DNA of 64,000 nt from Candidatus Zixiibacteriota bacterium (GCA_043819555.1 JBDREQ010000025.1:32001-96000), one strand, 5' to 3'; counted from the first letter of the stretch, positions 9,534-20,369 are shown. Notes: a model not told the origin generated them from the sequence alone. A program made the numbers and translations.

Positions 9534-10748
9534 ATGGCAGAATTATTTCCGGCCATCGCCGCCGTTATTATGCTGACGATTTTATCGGGATTGGAAATTA
9601 TCTTTTTTAAAGTTCTCAATCGCCGGTGGTGGCAACATCGATTCGTCAGGATATTTTCATATACGCTTCCGATTCTGGGCGGGGTTTTCATCGGCATCTG
9701 GATGCTGGGGATTTATTTTTTTATCAAACCACTAATGTTTATCTCGGCAGCTTTGAGCGCTCTTTCGCTGGTATTGATATTGGCGTTGCTCATCTCCCTG
9801 CCGGTTTCGGGAATTATAAATTTTATTCATGATATCTGGGAACGGCGCCAGAAGAGGCGCACTGAATCGGTCAATCAGTCAGCGACACTTAATAATCAAA
9901 AACAGATATCCCGCAGAAAGTTTTTAAATTATGCCGCGGTAATAGCTCCCACGGTTGCTTTGGGAGCCGGGGCTGCGGGTGTGGGCGGGTCATTTACAGA
10001 TATTGATGTTTATAAAAAACAAATATATTTTGATGATTTACCGGATGCTCTGGATGGATTCAGGATATTGCATATTTCCGACATTCATATTGGATATTAT
10101 CGCCATCTTGAAGATGTCGAAGTGGTGATGGAGGAGGCCAAGGCATTTTCTCCGGATATAATTGTCGCAACCGGTGATTTGTCGGATCGCATTGAATTAT
10201 ATAAAAATGTATTGGATTTGTTGGGGCAAGCAAAACCGCCTTATGGTGTGTACGCCTGCCTTGGCAATCATGAATATTTTCGCGGAATTACGCATGTAAG
10301 AAGGGCGTTTGATAAGAGCGATGTGGCTCTTTTGAAGGATAATGGCGTCGCGATCCAAATCGGCGATGGGAAACTCTATGTTGCCGGAGCTGACGATCCC
10401 ATGACTATGCATGGTGATTTAAGCGGATTTTTAAAAGCCAGTATTACAAGCGCGGTGAAAAACGCACCCGATGATGCATTCAAAATACTCCTCAGTCATC
10501 GACCAAAGGGATTTGATCAGGCTGATAAATTAGGCATAGATTTGACTCTGGCGGGGCATACGCATGGCGGACAGCTGGGTATATACGGCCAGTCGGCGTT
10601 TGAATTGGTTTCAGAAAACGCCTACCTCTGGGGTCTGTATGAAAAGGGGAATAATAAACTATATACATCTTCAGGGGTAGGACACTGGTTTCCATTTCGA
10701 TTTGGCTGTCCGGCGGAAGCCCCGATTTTCGAGCTAAAGAGAAGGTAG
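9534..10748 (+). CDS. Membrane-anchored metallophosphoesterase (YkuE/YaeI-like)
   Basis: DIH, GDL.D, GNHE, LSH.P and GHTHGGQ calcineurin-like motifs; N-terminal TMs; internal SRRKFL. Confidence 0.9.
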   Translation: MAELFPAIAAVIMLTILSGLEIIFFKVLNRRWWQHRFVRIFSYTLPILGGVFIGIWMLGIYFFIKPLMFISAALSALSLVLILALLISLPVSGIINFIHDIWERRQKRRTESVNQSATLNNQKQISRRKFLNYAAVIAPTVALGAGAAGVGGSFTDIDVYKKQIYFDDLPDALDGFRILHISDIHIGYYRHLEDVEVVMEEAKAFSPDIIVATGDLSDRIELYKNVLDLLGQAKPPYGVYACLGNHEYFRGITHVRRAFDKSDVALLKDNGVAIQIGDGKLYVAGADDPMTMHGDLSGFLKASITSAVKNAPDDAFKILLSHRPKGFDQADKLGIDLTLAGHTHGGQLGIYGQSAFELVSENAYLWGLYEKGNNKLYTSSGVGHWFPFRFGCPAEAPIFELKRR

Positions 10749-10925
10749 TTTTCGCCTTCTTTATCGTTTAACCATGTCCAATCACAATTTGAGTACCAAT
10801 CAAGTTGTTTTGGTTCTTGACGATTTTAAAATGGAGAGTATATTAATTAATAATACTCCTCACTGCCGTATAGATATCGTATCTATTTGAAATATTTACT
10901 GGGCTCAGCTGCCTTGGAGAAGATA

Positions 10926-13154
10926 ATGAAAGTATTTTTCGCATTTGTTATTGCTTTAGGATTTCTTGGGGCAGGAGTTTGGTCACTAGATGGTAATTTA
11001 ACGAACACTCCGATCAAATCACCCAATGAATTTACGCCGCCGGAAACGCATAAGTGGCTTTGGGAAAATGAATTGCGTCCATATCTCCTCAAGGTTAAAC
11101 AGGCTGAAAAAAATCGTACTCAAATGGCATTATCCAACTGGCAGGAGTACGATATTACTTTTTACAGTATTGATGTTGAGGTATTTGAAGCTGAACAGGC
11201 AATAGAAGGGGCGGTTGGGATATTCGGGAAGATAGGCGCCGGGTCATTGGATAGTATTGTTGTCGATTTACGTTATAACATGATTGTTGATTCAGTATAT
11301 AATGGCTCTGGAAACCTGGCTTTTGCGCACAATGGGGATTTATTGACGGTATATCTTGAACATGATTATTATTTCGATGAAGAATTTTATTTTACTGTGG
11401 TCTATAATGGCCAACCGTTGCAGACAGGCGGATTGCAGGGATTTCAGTTTACTGAACGATTTGGATTGCCTCTCATATCGACGCTGTCTCAGCCATATGG
11501 ATCGCGTGATTGGTGGCCGTGCAATGATATTACCGCCGACAAGGCCGATTCGGCCGATATTATTATCACTGCTGATAATTCTCTGGTAATATCATCGAAT
11601 GGACTTTTGGTGTCGGATACTGATAATGGCGATGGAACTCACACTGCCTATTGGAAAGAGCGGTATCCGATTGTGCCGTATCTTGTATCTCTGGCGTTGC
11701 ATCCATATTCGGTTTGGTATGATGAATATGATTATGGAACCGGAGTGATGCCGCTGCATTATTATGTTTTCAACGATCATGTTGAAGATTCAAAATTATA
11801 CTTCGCGATTATGCCAAACGCGCTGTCTATCTTTGAGGATAAATTTGGGGAATATCCTTATCGAAATGAAAAATACGGATGTTCTCATTTTGACTGGGGC
11901 GGGGCGATGGAACATCAGACAAACACTTCTACCCAGGCTTCAAATTGGGCTTATTCAGATGATATTATTACCCATGAACTGGCCCATCAATGGTGGGGGG
12001 ATGAAATTACCTGCAGTGATTGGCATCATATCTGGATAAACGAGGGATTCGCGTCTTATTCCGAAGCGATATACCATGAAGCCGTTTATGGAAAAGAGTA
12101 CTATCATACTTATATGGGGTATTTGGAATTCACTGGCGGCGGCAGCATATATGTCCAGGACACGACAGACATTTGGAATATCTTCGGATGGATTGTTTAT
12201 GATAAGGGCGCCTGGGTGCTGCATATGCTCCGGCATATAGTCGGTGATGAACTGTTTTTCCAGTCGCTAAATGATTATCGCCAGCAGTATAAATGGGGTT
12301 CGGCCTCGACTGAGGATTTTCAGGCGGTAGTCGAAATGACCTGTGGAATTGATCTGGATTATTTCTTCGAGCAATGGATTTATGGTACTTATTACCCTGA
12401 ATTTACAATTGCCCCCTATTCTAACATAGATCCTGAAGGAGGGTATTTAAATTATCTGTATGTCGGGCAGACTCAGGAAACCGATCCTTTGGTATTTTCC
12501 ATGCCGATTGATATTCATTTAGTGAAAGCTGCCGCAACTGATACGCTAACGGTGTTTAACAACCGCCGCGAACAAGTGTTTTATTTTCATACCGATGAAG
12601 CTGTGTTCTCAATTGAATTGGATCCTGAAAAATGGGTATTGCGTGAGGTAACTGAGGAGTTTTGGGGGATTAGAGTTTTTATCGATTCACTCTCAATGGC
12701 ATATTTTTCCTATGATTATGAAGATACGATTTCGATTTTGAGTGTAAATGATGCATATACTGCGACAATTATTTCAGGCAGTTTACCTCCCGGGCTTGAG
12801 TTTTATCCTGAAACGGGAATAATTTCTGGTCTGCCGACGGAATTGGGTGAGTTCGTCTTTAGTATTTATGCTGAAGACGAGTTTAATCCCGAGTTGAAGG
12901 ATACAACGGAATTTACCATTGTCGTAACTGACGCCATTACCGACCGACCGGGCGATGCCAATAATGATGGGGATGTAAATGTTGGGGATGCCGTATTTTT
13001 GATAAATCATGTTTTCAAAGGAGGCCCTCCTCCGGAGGTGCCCAATTGGGCGGATGCCAACGCTGATTGCGCCGTCAATGTCGGCGATGCTGTTTACCTG
13101 ATTAATCATGTCTTCAAGGGAGGTACGCCTCCTCAGCTGGGATGTGCAGAGTAG
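10926..13154 (+). CDS. Secreted M1-family aminopeptidase with putative Ig domain and C-terminal dockerin-like domain
   Basis: GAMEH, HELAHQWWG..W.NEGFA and YDKG motifs; GSLPPGL...TG.ISG.PT Ig repeat; twin DAN.D..VNVGDAV.LINHVFKGG repeats. Start moved to ATG 10926 (GGAG upstream, signal peptide); the ORF track starts at 10887. Confidence 0.88.
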   Translation: MKVFFAFVIALGFLGAGVWSLDGNLTNTPIKSPNEFTPPETHKWLWENELRPYLLKVKQAEKNRTQMALSNWQEYDITFYSIDVEVFEAEQAIEGAVGIFGKIGAGSLDSIVVDLRYNMIVDSVYNGSGNLAFAHNGDLLTVYLEHDYYFDEEFYFTVVYNGQPLQTGGLQGFQFTERFGLPLISTLSQPYGSRDWWPCNDITADKADSADIIITADNSLVISSNGLLVSDTDNGDGTHTAYWKERYPIVPYLVSLALHPYSVWYDEYDYGTGVMPLHYYVFNDHVEDSKLYFAIMPNALSIFEDKFGEYPYRNEKYGCSHFDWGGAMEHQTNTSTQASNWAYSDDIITHELAHQWWGDEITCSDWHHIWINEGFASYSEAIYHEAVYGKEYYHTYMGYLEFTGGGSIYVQDTTDIWNIFGWIVYDKGAWVLHMLRHIVGDELFFQSLNDYRQQYKWGSASTEDFQAVVEMTCGIDLDYFFEQWIYGTYYPEFTIAPYSNIDPEGGYLNYLYVGQTQETDPLVFSMPIDIHLVKAAATDTLTVFNNRREQVFYFHTDEAVFSIELDPEKWVLREVTEEFWGIRVFIDSLSMAYFSYDYEDTISILSVNDAYTATIISGSLPPGLEFYPETGIISGLPTELGEFVFSIYAEDEFNPELKDTTEFTIVVTDAITDRPGDANNDGDVNVGDAVFLINHVFKGGPPPEVPNWADANADCAVNVGDAVYLINHVFKGGTPPQLGCAE

Positions 13155-13324
13155 ATATCATATTCTGAAACCATGCTGAAAGATAAGCCCCATGCGGATT
13201 CCACCGGGGGTATTAAAATCCTCCGTATTCAGGTTATTTGTTGACTTTGGCCGAATTTCGTAGATATATTATAGCAAATACGTTGAAGATAACAGCCGAT
13301 ACTTCACCTTGTCCGGGCTGAAAA

Positions 13325-14626
13325 ATGCAAGAGACTTACTATTTACATAGCTATGGATGTCAGATGAATGTTGCCGATTCGGGAATTCTATCGGCGGCAA
13401 TGGAAAAAGCGGGATTCGTTCCGGTTCCAAATCCTGACGAGGCTGGCGTTATAATTATTAATACTTGCTCGGTTCGGGAAAGGGCGGAAGAGCGTGCTCT
13501 GGGGCGATTGACGGAACTGGCACGAATTAAGAAAAAAGGGGACAGCCGTATTTGCGTTATTGGTTGTATGGCTCAGAGGATGGGCGAGAAAATACTTGAA
13601 CGGATTCCTGAAATGGATTTTATTTTGGGGACGGAACGGTTATTTGATCTACCGCGACTTCTGAATAATGAATCGGCTAAGCCGGTAGTTGATACTCGCA
13701 TGACTAATGATTTGAATTGGGCGGAGTTTTCTCCTGCCCCCGATAGCCCTTATTCCGCCCATGTTACTATTTCACGCGGATGTAATAATTACTGTGCCTA
13801 TTGTATCGTGCCGTATTTAAGAGGCCCCGAACGTTACCGCGAGGCGGGCGCCATAATAAAAGATATTAATGAATTGACAAGAAAAGGCATTGTGGAAATT
13901 ACATTGGTAGGGCAGAACGTAAATTCATATAATTCGGGACGAATGCATTTTCCGGGACTAATAAAAAATATGATTGACGAAACCGATGTCAAACGAATTC
14001 GTTTTATTACCTCGCACCCGAAAGATTTGTCAGACGATTTGATTGATTTGTTCGCTAGCGAGCAGAAATTGATGGGGCATTTCCATCTGCCTCTCCAAAG
14101 CGGATCGGATAGAATCCTTGACAGGATGTTTCGCAAATATGATTACGCGCATTATCTGAGTTTAATTCACAAATTGCGGCAGGCTCGTTCCAATATCGCG
14201 ATAACAACCGATTTAATTGTTGGATTCCCAACTGAGACAGAAGATGAATTTGGGATGACTCTTGAGGCGGTTCGTGAAATTCGGTTTGATGCGGCGTTTA
14301 TGTTCAGGTATTCGATGCGGGAGGGAACCTGGGCTGCTAAAAATCTTATCGATGATGTTCCCGAAGGGATTAAATTGAAACGCCTTCAGGAGTTGATAGA
14401 TTTGCAAAAGGGTATTTCGTATCAGGTCAATCAAAAGGAAATTGGCCGAATTAGTTCGGTTTTGATTGACGGGACCAGCCGCCGGGATAGATCAGTATGG
14501 AAGGGTAAAACCGAAGGGAATAAAACGATCCTGGTAAAAAATCCGGATGACCTGTTGGGCAAAATTGTAAATTCCCGCGTTAATCGGGCTGACAGCTGGA
14601 CCTTGCATGGAGAACTTGCGGCATGA
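13325..14626 (+). CDS. miaB: tRNA-2-methylthio-N6-dimethylallyladenosine synthase MiaB
   Basis: GCQMN..DS, NTCSVRE.AE, CNNYCAYC radical-SAM motif, HLPLQSGS and a TRAM domain. Confidence 0.95.
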   Translation: MQETYYLHSYGCQMNVADSGILSAAMEKAGFVPVPNPDEAGVIIINTCSVRERAEERALGRLTELARIKKKGDSRICVIGCMAQRMGEKILERIPEMDFILGTERLFDLPRLLNNESAKPVVDTRMTNDLNWAEFSPAPDSPYSAHVTISRGCNNYCAYCIVPYLRGPERYREAGAIIKDINELTRKGIVEITLVGQNVNSYNSGRMHFPGLIKNMIDETDVKRIRFITSHPKDLSDDLIDLFASEQKLMGHFHLPLQSGSDRILDRMFRKYDYAHYLSLIHKLRQARSNIAITTDLIVGFPTETEDEFGMTLEAVREIRFDAAFMFRYSMREGTWAAKNLIDDVPEGIKLKRLQELIDLQKGISYQVNQKEIGRISSVLIDGTSRRDRSVWKGKTEGNKTILVKNPDDLLGKIVNSRVNRADSWTLHGELAA

Positions 14627-17574
14627 CCGCTGAACTAATTGGCTCAATTCTATTTTTCGCGCTGACTATTTTTGCGTTGATTTTCAGTTCCATGAAATCG
14701 TCTCGTATTGACAGCGAAAGTTTTCCAAATAAGACACGGTTTTTTAGCGGTTTGATTCTCTGGATGATGGCGTCGATTCTGGCCGTTTTCGTAAGCTGGC
14801 CCGGGTATACGCAATGGTTTATTCCTATCGTATATCCGATTCTGCAAATCTCATTAATAGTATTTTTTCTCGCTGGTTTCTTTCTAGTTCTTACAACCGT
14901 TAACGCCTTTCCGATTCACCTTGATAGTATTCGAAAGGAATCTACCAGCCGGGTTGATAAATATTTACTCCTGGATAATATAAGGCATATCGCGTCGCAG
15001 CCATATTCAATGATGGAACAATTTGCTCTTGTTTTGAAGGAAATAGCGAGTTATCTGGTCATCAAAAAGGGAGCTGTTTTTTTAATTAATCGTGCCCGTG
15101 GTGAAATGTATCTGGCGGCCCAGATTGGCATGAGCCAGGAAGAGATGCATAATCTGGAAAGATTTCCTCTGGGGCAGGATATAATTTCTCGCGCGGCATC
15201 CGAACAACGCTCTTTCATTTCCGATGATCTGGTGGCTTCTGATTCAACCAGCCGCAAATTGATATTGGCCGGGAGGAAGCTGACTTTTTCGGCAGCCGCG
15301 ATTCCATTGAGCGCCAGAGATCTATCGCTGGGAACCCTCCTGGTTTTGTCAAATCAAGCAGGATATTTCGAAAAATCGAAGCGCTTACTTTTGGCAGCGG
15401 CGGCAGAAATCATCGCCCGGGAAATAGAATCCAACAGGCTAATTCGGGAAAATCAAAAATACAGCGGACAGCTTAAGGCCACGCAGGACTTGCTCATTCA
15501 GACTTTCGCCAATGTTAATCATTTGGCCAAATCCGGAGATTATAAAAAACTGCCTGGCGATATTTGTAAGCTATTGGTGGATGGATTTCAGCTATTAGCA
15601 TGTCGAGTTGTTTTGCTATCAAAAGGCAAAATTGAAAATCTGGCCATTCATCAGGCGCCGGCATACCGGCCGGAGCAAAGCGAATCTTATTTAATTGCGG
15701 TTGTTGAATCGATCAGGCGCGGCCAAATGATAATCCTAAATCAGGAGGCCAAAAATCCCGACGAATCGATTTTTATTAATCGCAGTACTTTACTTTGCCC
15801 TTTTAGCCTATGGAGAGGCGGCGATTACGCACTGTTATTGGATTATTCGGGGGGCAGTTTATCAGTAAATGAATCATTGCTTCAGGAAATTGAAAGTTCC
15901 ATTAGCATAATTTCGGTAGCATTAAACATTATAGAGCTAAAAAACTCCGATATTTTAAGCCAAACCGCGGTGACGTCTCTTATTAATATCCTCGAAATTA
16001 AGAATGATTCGGGATTGGATGAGATATACAGAAAATTCTTAAAGGAGATCACCCGGTTCCTGCCGAAATCCGCGGCGGCCATGATATTTGTTTCCGAAAA
16101 CGGACAGGGGTATCGCGTTCAGGCAGGTCATAGCGAAGAAATGAAGGGGTTGACTTTTGTGCCCGGAGAAGGCCCCGTCGGCAAGGCGGCCGCAACAGGC
16201 AGTATTCTTGAATTTAATTCCGCGGGCGAAATTGAAAATGCATGGGCGGATATCGAGCCGATTAATATAGATTTTTTGATAAAGTTTTGCGGCGAGAGGG
16301 GCATTCCGACATTTCAGATAAATATTCCGGTTGTGGTCATGGACGCGGTAATCGCGATTATATCCATATTTGATTTTAATCAGTCATCATTATCAGTGCG
16401 CAAGGAAAAGGGACTTCTGCTGTTGTCAGCTCAATTGCTGTCAATCAAATTGACGGCGTCGGAAATCGACAATCAGATTTTTATGAGTCAGAATGGTTCT
16501 ATAAAAGCCGGTGACAGCGTCGTCTTAAACAGGATAAATAATTACCTGGCGACGATAAGCGGGCGGGCGCAATTATTATCCCGCCAGGCGGATATTTCCG
16601 GGCCGACTCGTTACACGGCCGATGAAATAATGAAAGCTTCCGAATCAGCCGCGGAATCAATCAGCAGGCTGCAGAAATCCATAATCGATAAACAGAGCGC
16701 TCCCGATGAGCAAACGAGCGATTTGGCGATGGCTCTTGAGGAGTATCTGAGTTCGCGGCATATTACAGCGAACTTATATATGTTCGATGATAATCGAACT
16801 ATGATACTTGAAAAAGATATGGATAAGGTGGCTAGATTTGCCATCGGAAATGAAAATCTGATTTCATTAATTGAGTGCATATTGAAGCAATTCGTCAGTT
16901 TCGTCGGGGATGGGGAAGAGGTTCTGCTTAAATCAGTAATCAGCAATGCCGCTTTATATTTTAGTATAATTCGCGGATCGAAAGAGTATACCAAAGATTT
17001 TAAGCCCTCTGATTATGATTATGGAGAACCGGATGTATTGCCCAAGGAATTTATTCCCACTGAAATGATTGGCAAATTGATTAATCTAAATGCCCTTGTT
17101 TCTTTTGATCGTTTTGGACGCCGTCCTACGTATATTTCATTTAAGTTTCCTAATCAGGCTGATGCGAACAATATAATTTCGACGTCTTCAATTGAAGCCA
17201 CAGCCCTGACAATTCTTGCCATTGATGATCAGCAAATGATTTTGGATTTATTATCCGGCATTTGCCAGTCATTGGGATTCCGGCTGACGGCGGTCAAATC
17301 TCCGGCCGAAGGAATGAATCTGATTCGTAACAATAATTATGATATTGTCATGGTTGATCTGGTAATGGGCGATATTTCCGGCTGGGATGTAGCCCGAGAA
17401 GTCAAAAAGCAATCTCCCACGACCCCGGTTGTAATGATGACGGGCTGGGGGATTTCTTTGACTGAAGAACAGACCAACCGCGCCGGTGTTGATTTTACGC
17501 TGGCAAAACCATTTAAGATTGAACAACTTACCGAAGTTATAAGCCGGGCTCGCCAGAAACATAATTCCTATTAA
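14623..17574 (+). CDS. Membrane-anchored GAF-domain protein with degenerate kinase core and C-terminal receiver domain
   Basis: 3 N-terminal TMs, GAF-like segments, HisKA-like LNRINNYLATISGRAQLL lacking His, and a receiver (IDD, D, TG, KPF). Confidence 0.7.
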   Translation: MTAELIGSILFFALTIFALIFSSMKSSRIDSESFPNKTRFFSGLILWMMASILAVFVSWPGYTQWFIPIVYPILQISLIVFFLAGFFLVLTTVNAFPIHLDSIRKESTSRVDKYLLLDNIRHIASQPYSMMEQFALVLKEIASYLVIKKGAVFLINRARGEMYLAAQIGMSQEEMHNLERFPLGQDIISRAASEQRSFISDDLVASDSTSRKLILAGRKLTFSAAAIPLSARDLSLGTLLVLSNQAGYFEKSKRLLLAAAAEIIAREIESNRLIRENQKYSGQLKATQDLLIQTFANVNHLAKSGDYKKLPGDICKLLVDGFQLLACRVVLLSKGKIENLAIHQAPAYRPEQSESYLIAVVESIRRGQMIILNQEAKNPDESIFINRSTLLCPFSLWRGGDYALLLDYSGGSLSVNESLLQEIESSISIISVALNIIELKNSDILSQTAVTSLINILEIKNDSGLDEIYRKFLKEITRFLPKSAAAMIFVSENGQGYRVQAGHSEEMKGLTFVPGEGPVGKAAATGSILEFNSAGEIENAWADIEPINIDFLIKFCGERGIPTFQINIPVVVMDAVIAIISIFDFNQSSLSVRKEKGLLLLSAQLLSIKLTASEIDNQIFMSQNGSIKAGDSVVLNRINNYLATISGRAQLLSRQADISGPTRYTADEIMKASESAAESISRLQKSIIDKQSAPDEQTSDLAMALEEYLSSRHITANLYMFDDNRTMILEKDMDKVARFAIGNENLISLIECILKQFVSFVGDGEEVLLKSVISNAALYFSIIRGSKEYTKDFKPSDYDYGEPDVLPKEFIPTEMIGKLINLNALVSFDRFGRRPTYISFKFPNQADANNIISTSSIEATALTILAIDDQQMILDLLSGICQSLGFRLTAVKSPAEGMNLIRNNNYDIVMVDLVMGDISGWDVAREVKKQSPTTPVVMMTGWGISLTEEQTNRAGVDFTLAKPFKIEQLTEVISRARQKHNSY

Positions 17575-17653
17575 AAAAATTCCATAGATTAATATCTATC
17601 TTCATTTGCCGACAATAATAATTAGGGAGGGCTCATTTAGCAGGAATAAATAT

Positions 17654-18982
17654 ATGAAACAACTAAAATTTATTGACATGATACATCGGGATGATACGCT
17701 TTTGTCTATGCCGCAAAGTTTATCCCAGATGCTCACGCTGGTGGGTTCGAATGACTATTCAATCGATGATTTGATTAAAGTCATTATGAAAGATCCTGGA
17801 TTGGCCAGCCGGATACTTAAGATGGCCAACTCGTCATTTTATGGCTATCGATCGGAAATATCGACACTTCATCAGGCAGTAATGGTCCTTGGGGCAACCC
17901 AGTTAAAATGTTTGGTGCTATCGACTTCAATTTTCAGGTTGCAGAAACTTGAATTTGATTATGATTTCGACATCAAAGGAATGTTTGCTCATATTATTGG
18001 CGTTGGATCATTGTGCAAAAACCTGGCTGATTTTTTGGGTTATAAGAAATCGGATGAATTGTTTGTCGCTGGTCTTTTGCATGATATTGGGCAGCTTTTC
18101 TTCATTCATCATTTTCCCAAGAATTATATGGAGGTTCAGAAAAGGCTTGCCGAATTTCCCTCGCGTCTTGACGCTGAACGAAAAATAATGGGAATCGATC
18201 ATGCCATGATTGGACAAATGCTTGCCGAAAAATGGGGTTTCCCAAAGATACTTATAGACGCGATTGGTGGCCATCATAATTCAATTTCAAATATTAACGG
18301 CAACCGGGAAATGCAAATAATACAACTGGCAGTCTTACTGCACCCTTATTCCTACGCGGATACGCCGACGAAGATTGAAAAACGAATGGTATCAATTGGC
18401 CAGTTATTAAATCTATTAAATATATCCCACAATGATATTGAATCAATTACAAGGAATTTGCCCAATGAGATTTTGACAATTGCGGACAGTTTTGGAATTG
18501 ATATCGGTGATACTTGTGAGCTGCTTTCCCGCGCCAATCGAGAATTGTATAACTCATTTCTTACCATTGAGCATTTATTCCGTGAAAGGCAGGATTTATC
18601 ACAAAAAATCCTATTAGAAGAGAGACGAGTCTCGGCTATGGAGACCAAAAACGTGGCCATTGCGACATTATCTCATTATGTTAATAATGCCGCCATGGCT
18701 ATCTCCGGCCGGGTACAACTTTTGAAGATGCTCAAAGACCAGGGGAAAATAATTGACAATGATGGTCGTTTTGATAACATACTGGAAGTCGTTGAAAAAT
18801 CATTAAAAAAAATCATGGTCGTGATTCTCGAACTGCGAGATTTGACAAACCTGGACGAAATAGAAAAGTATTCTGACTCGAACGCGATCTGCATAGATGA
18901 ACGCATTTTGGAACGGTTAAAAGATTTTGATGACTGGGAAGAGGTAATTTTGCCCGACCGTGAGGCAATGCCAAATAAATAA
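17654..18982 (+). CDS. HDOD-domain protein with C-terminal HisKA/DHp-like helix pair
   Basis: DP.LASRILKMANS, GLLHDIG and LA.KWGFP..L..AI..HH motifs; C-terminal TLSHYVNN. Start moved to ATG 17654; the ORF track starts at 17606. Confidence 0.8.
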   Translation: MKQLKFIDMIHRDDTLLSMPQSLSQMLTLVGSNDYSIDDLIKVIMKDPGLASRILKMANSSFYGYRSEISTLHQAVMVLGATQLKCLVLSTSIFRLQKLEFDYDFDIKGMFAHIIGVGSLCKNLADFLGYKKSDELFVAGLLHDIGQLFFIHHFPKNYMEVQKRLAEFPSRLDAERKIMGIDHAMIGQMLAEKWGFPKILIDAIGGHHNSISNINGNREMQIIQLAVLLHPYSYADTPTKIEKRMVSIGQLLNLLNISHNDIESITRNLPNEILTIADSFGIDIGDTCELLSRANRELYNSFLTIEHLFRERQDLSQKILLEERRVSAMETKNVAIATLSHYVNNAAMAISGRVQLLKMLKDQGKIIDNDGRFDNILEVVEKSLKKIMVVILELRDLTNLDEIEKYSDSNAICIDERILERLKDFDDWEEVILPDREAMPNK

Positions 18983-19037
18983 TATTGTCCTTTACTCATA
19001 ATACCATTATATTTCAAGATTATTATCAGGAGGAGTA

Positions 19038-20234
19038 ATGCCCCGTTATTTGACGGCCGGAGAGTCGCATGGTTACGGACTTATTGGAATGATTGAATCA
19101 TTTCCGGCTGGAATTCCCATATCACAAGAAAAAATAAATATTCAGCTGGGCCGCCGTCAGCAGGGATTCGGTCGCGGCGGCCGCATGAAAATCGAAAAAG
19201 ATAAAGTTACGATTCTCAGCGGTTTGCGCTACGGTAAGACTCTTGGCTCTCCGATTGCGCTTTTGATTTCCAATAAGGATTGGGTTAATTGGAAAAAAAT
19301 AATGGATCCGATCAAGCCGGTTGCCAGAAATTTAACATCAATGCAAAAAAAACAGGCTTTTGATGTGACGGCTCCTCGTCCGGGACATACCGATCTTGCC
19401 GGAGCCATAAAATATAACACTCATGATTTAAGGAATATTCTGGAGCGCGCCTCAGCCAGGGAAACCGCCGCGCGGGTAGCATGCGGTTCTGTCGCTCGGC
19501 AATTGCTTGGGCATTTCGGCATAAATATAGCATCTCATGTTATTGCGATTGGCGGCATTAAGGCTATAAAGAAACGAATTGATTTTGATATAATTTGCAA
19601 TCTCGCTGACAATTCGCCGGTGAGGTGTGTTGACGCCGAATCGGAAAAAATAATGATAGCCCAGATTAAATCCGCAATGAAATCGCACGATACTTTGGGG
19701 GGTGTATTTGAGATAAGAGCAACCGGTATCCCGGCCGGGTTGGGAAATAACTCTCAGTGGTACCAAAAGTTTGATGCACAGCTGGCAGCGGCCATAATGT
19801 CGATTCATTCGATCAAAGGGGTGGAAATCGGCGAGGGATTTTCCAATGCGGGGAAATCTGGCTCAAAAGTGCACGACCGCATTTATTATGATTCTCCAAA
19901 TAAACATCCGCAATCAAAGGGCTTTCTTAGAAAGACTAATCGAGCCGGTGGAATTGAAGGGGGACTGACGAATGGGAGTGAGCTAATAGTTCGAGGAGCT
20001 TGCAAGCCGATATCGACCCTGATGCAACCGCTGAATACTGTGGATGTTAAAAGCAAAAAAAATGTTCAGGCGATGATTGAAAGGTCCGATATATGTGTCG
20101 TCCCGGCCGCGGCGATTGTCGGCGAGGCAATGGTGGCGATGGTACTTTCCGACGCGTTTCTTGAAAAATTCGGGGGCGATAATCTGGCAGAAATTGAAAA
20201 CAATTATGAAAGTTATCTAAAGGCTGATTTCTAA
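19038..20234 (+). CDS. aroC: Chorismate synthase
   Basis: TAGESHG, RPGH.D, ERASARETA.RV, N.AGGIEGG and RSD.C motifs. Confidence 0.97.
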   Translation: MPRYLTAGESHGYGLIGMIESFPAGIPISQEKINIQLGRRQQGFGRGGRMKIEKDKVTILSGLRYGKTLGSPIALLISNKDWVNWKKIMDPIKPVARNLTSMQKKQAFDVTAPRPGHTDLAGAIKYNTHDLRNILERASARETAARVACGSVARQLLGHFGINIASHVIAIGGIKAIKKRIDFDIICNLADNSPVRCVDAESEKIMIAQIKSAMKSHDTLGGVFEIRATGIPAGLGNNSQWYQKFDAQLAAAIMSIHSIKGVEIGEGFSNAGKSGSKVHDRIYYDSPNKHPQSKGFLRKTNRAGGIEGGLTNGSELIVRGACKPISTLMQPLNTVDVKSKKNVQAMIERSDICVVPAAAIVGEAMVAMVLSDAFLEKFGGDNLAEIENNYESYLKADF

Positions 20235-20369
20235 AGAGTTCAATATCTATATTTTCATTAAATTCCGTGCATTTCATAGTTAATTTGGCCGGTGAAAATT
20301 GTTGGCTGAGCCTTATTAATTTTGTACATTTTCAATAATTCAAAATTCAAAATAACTCTGAGGTAAAAT

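Noticed and set aside
6640..13300. Genomic island integrated at selC
   Set aside because: No integrase and no duplicated tRNA 3' end were seen in the window.
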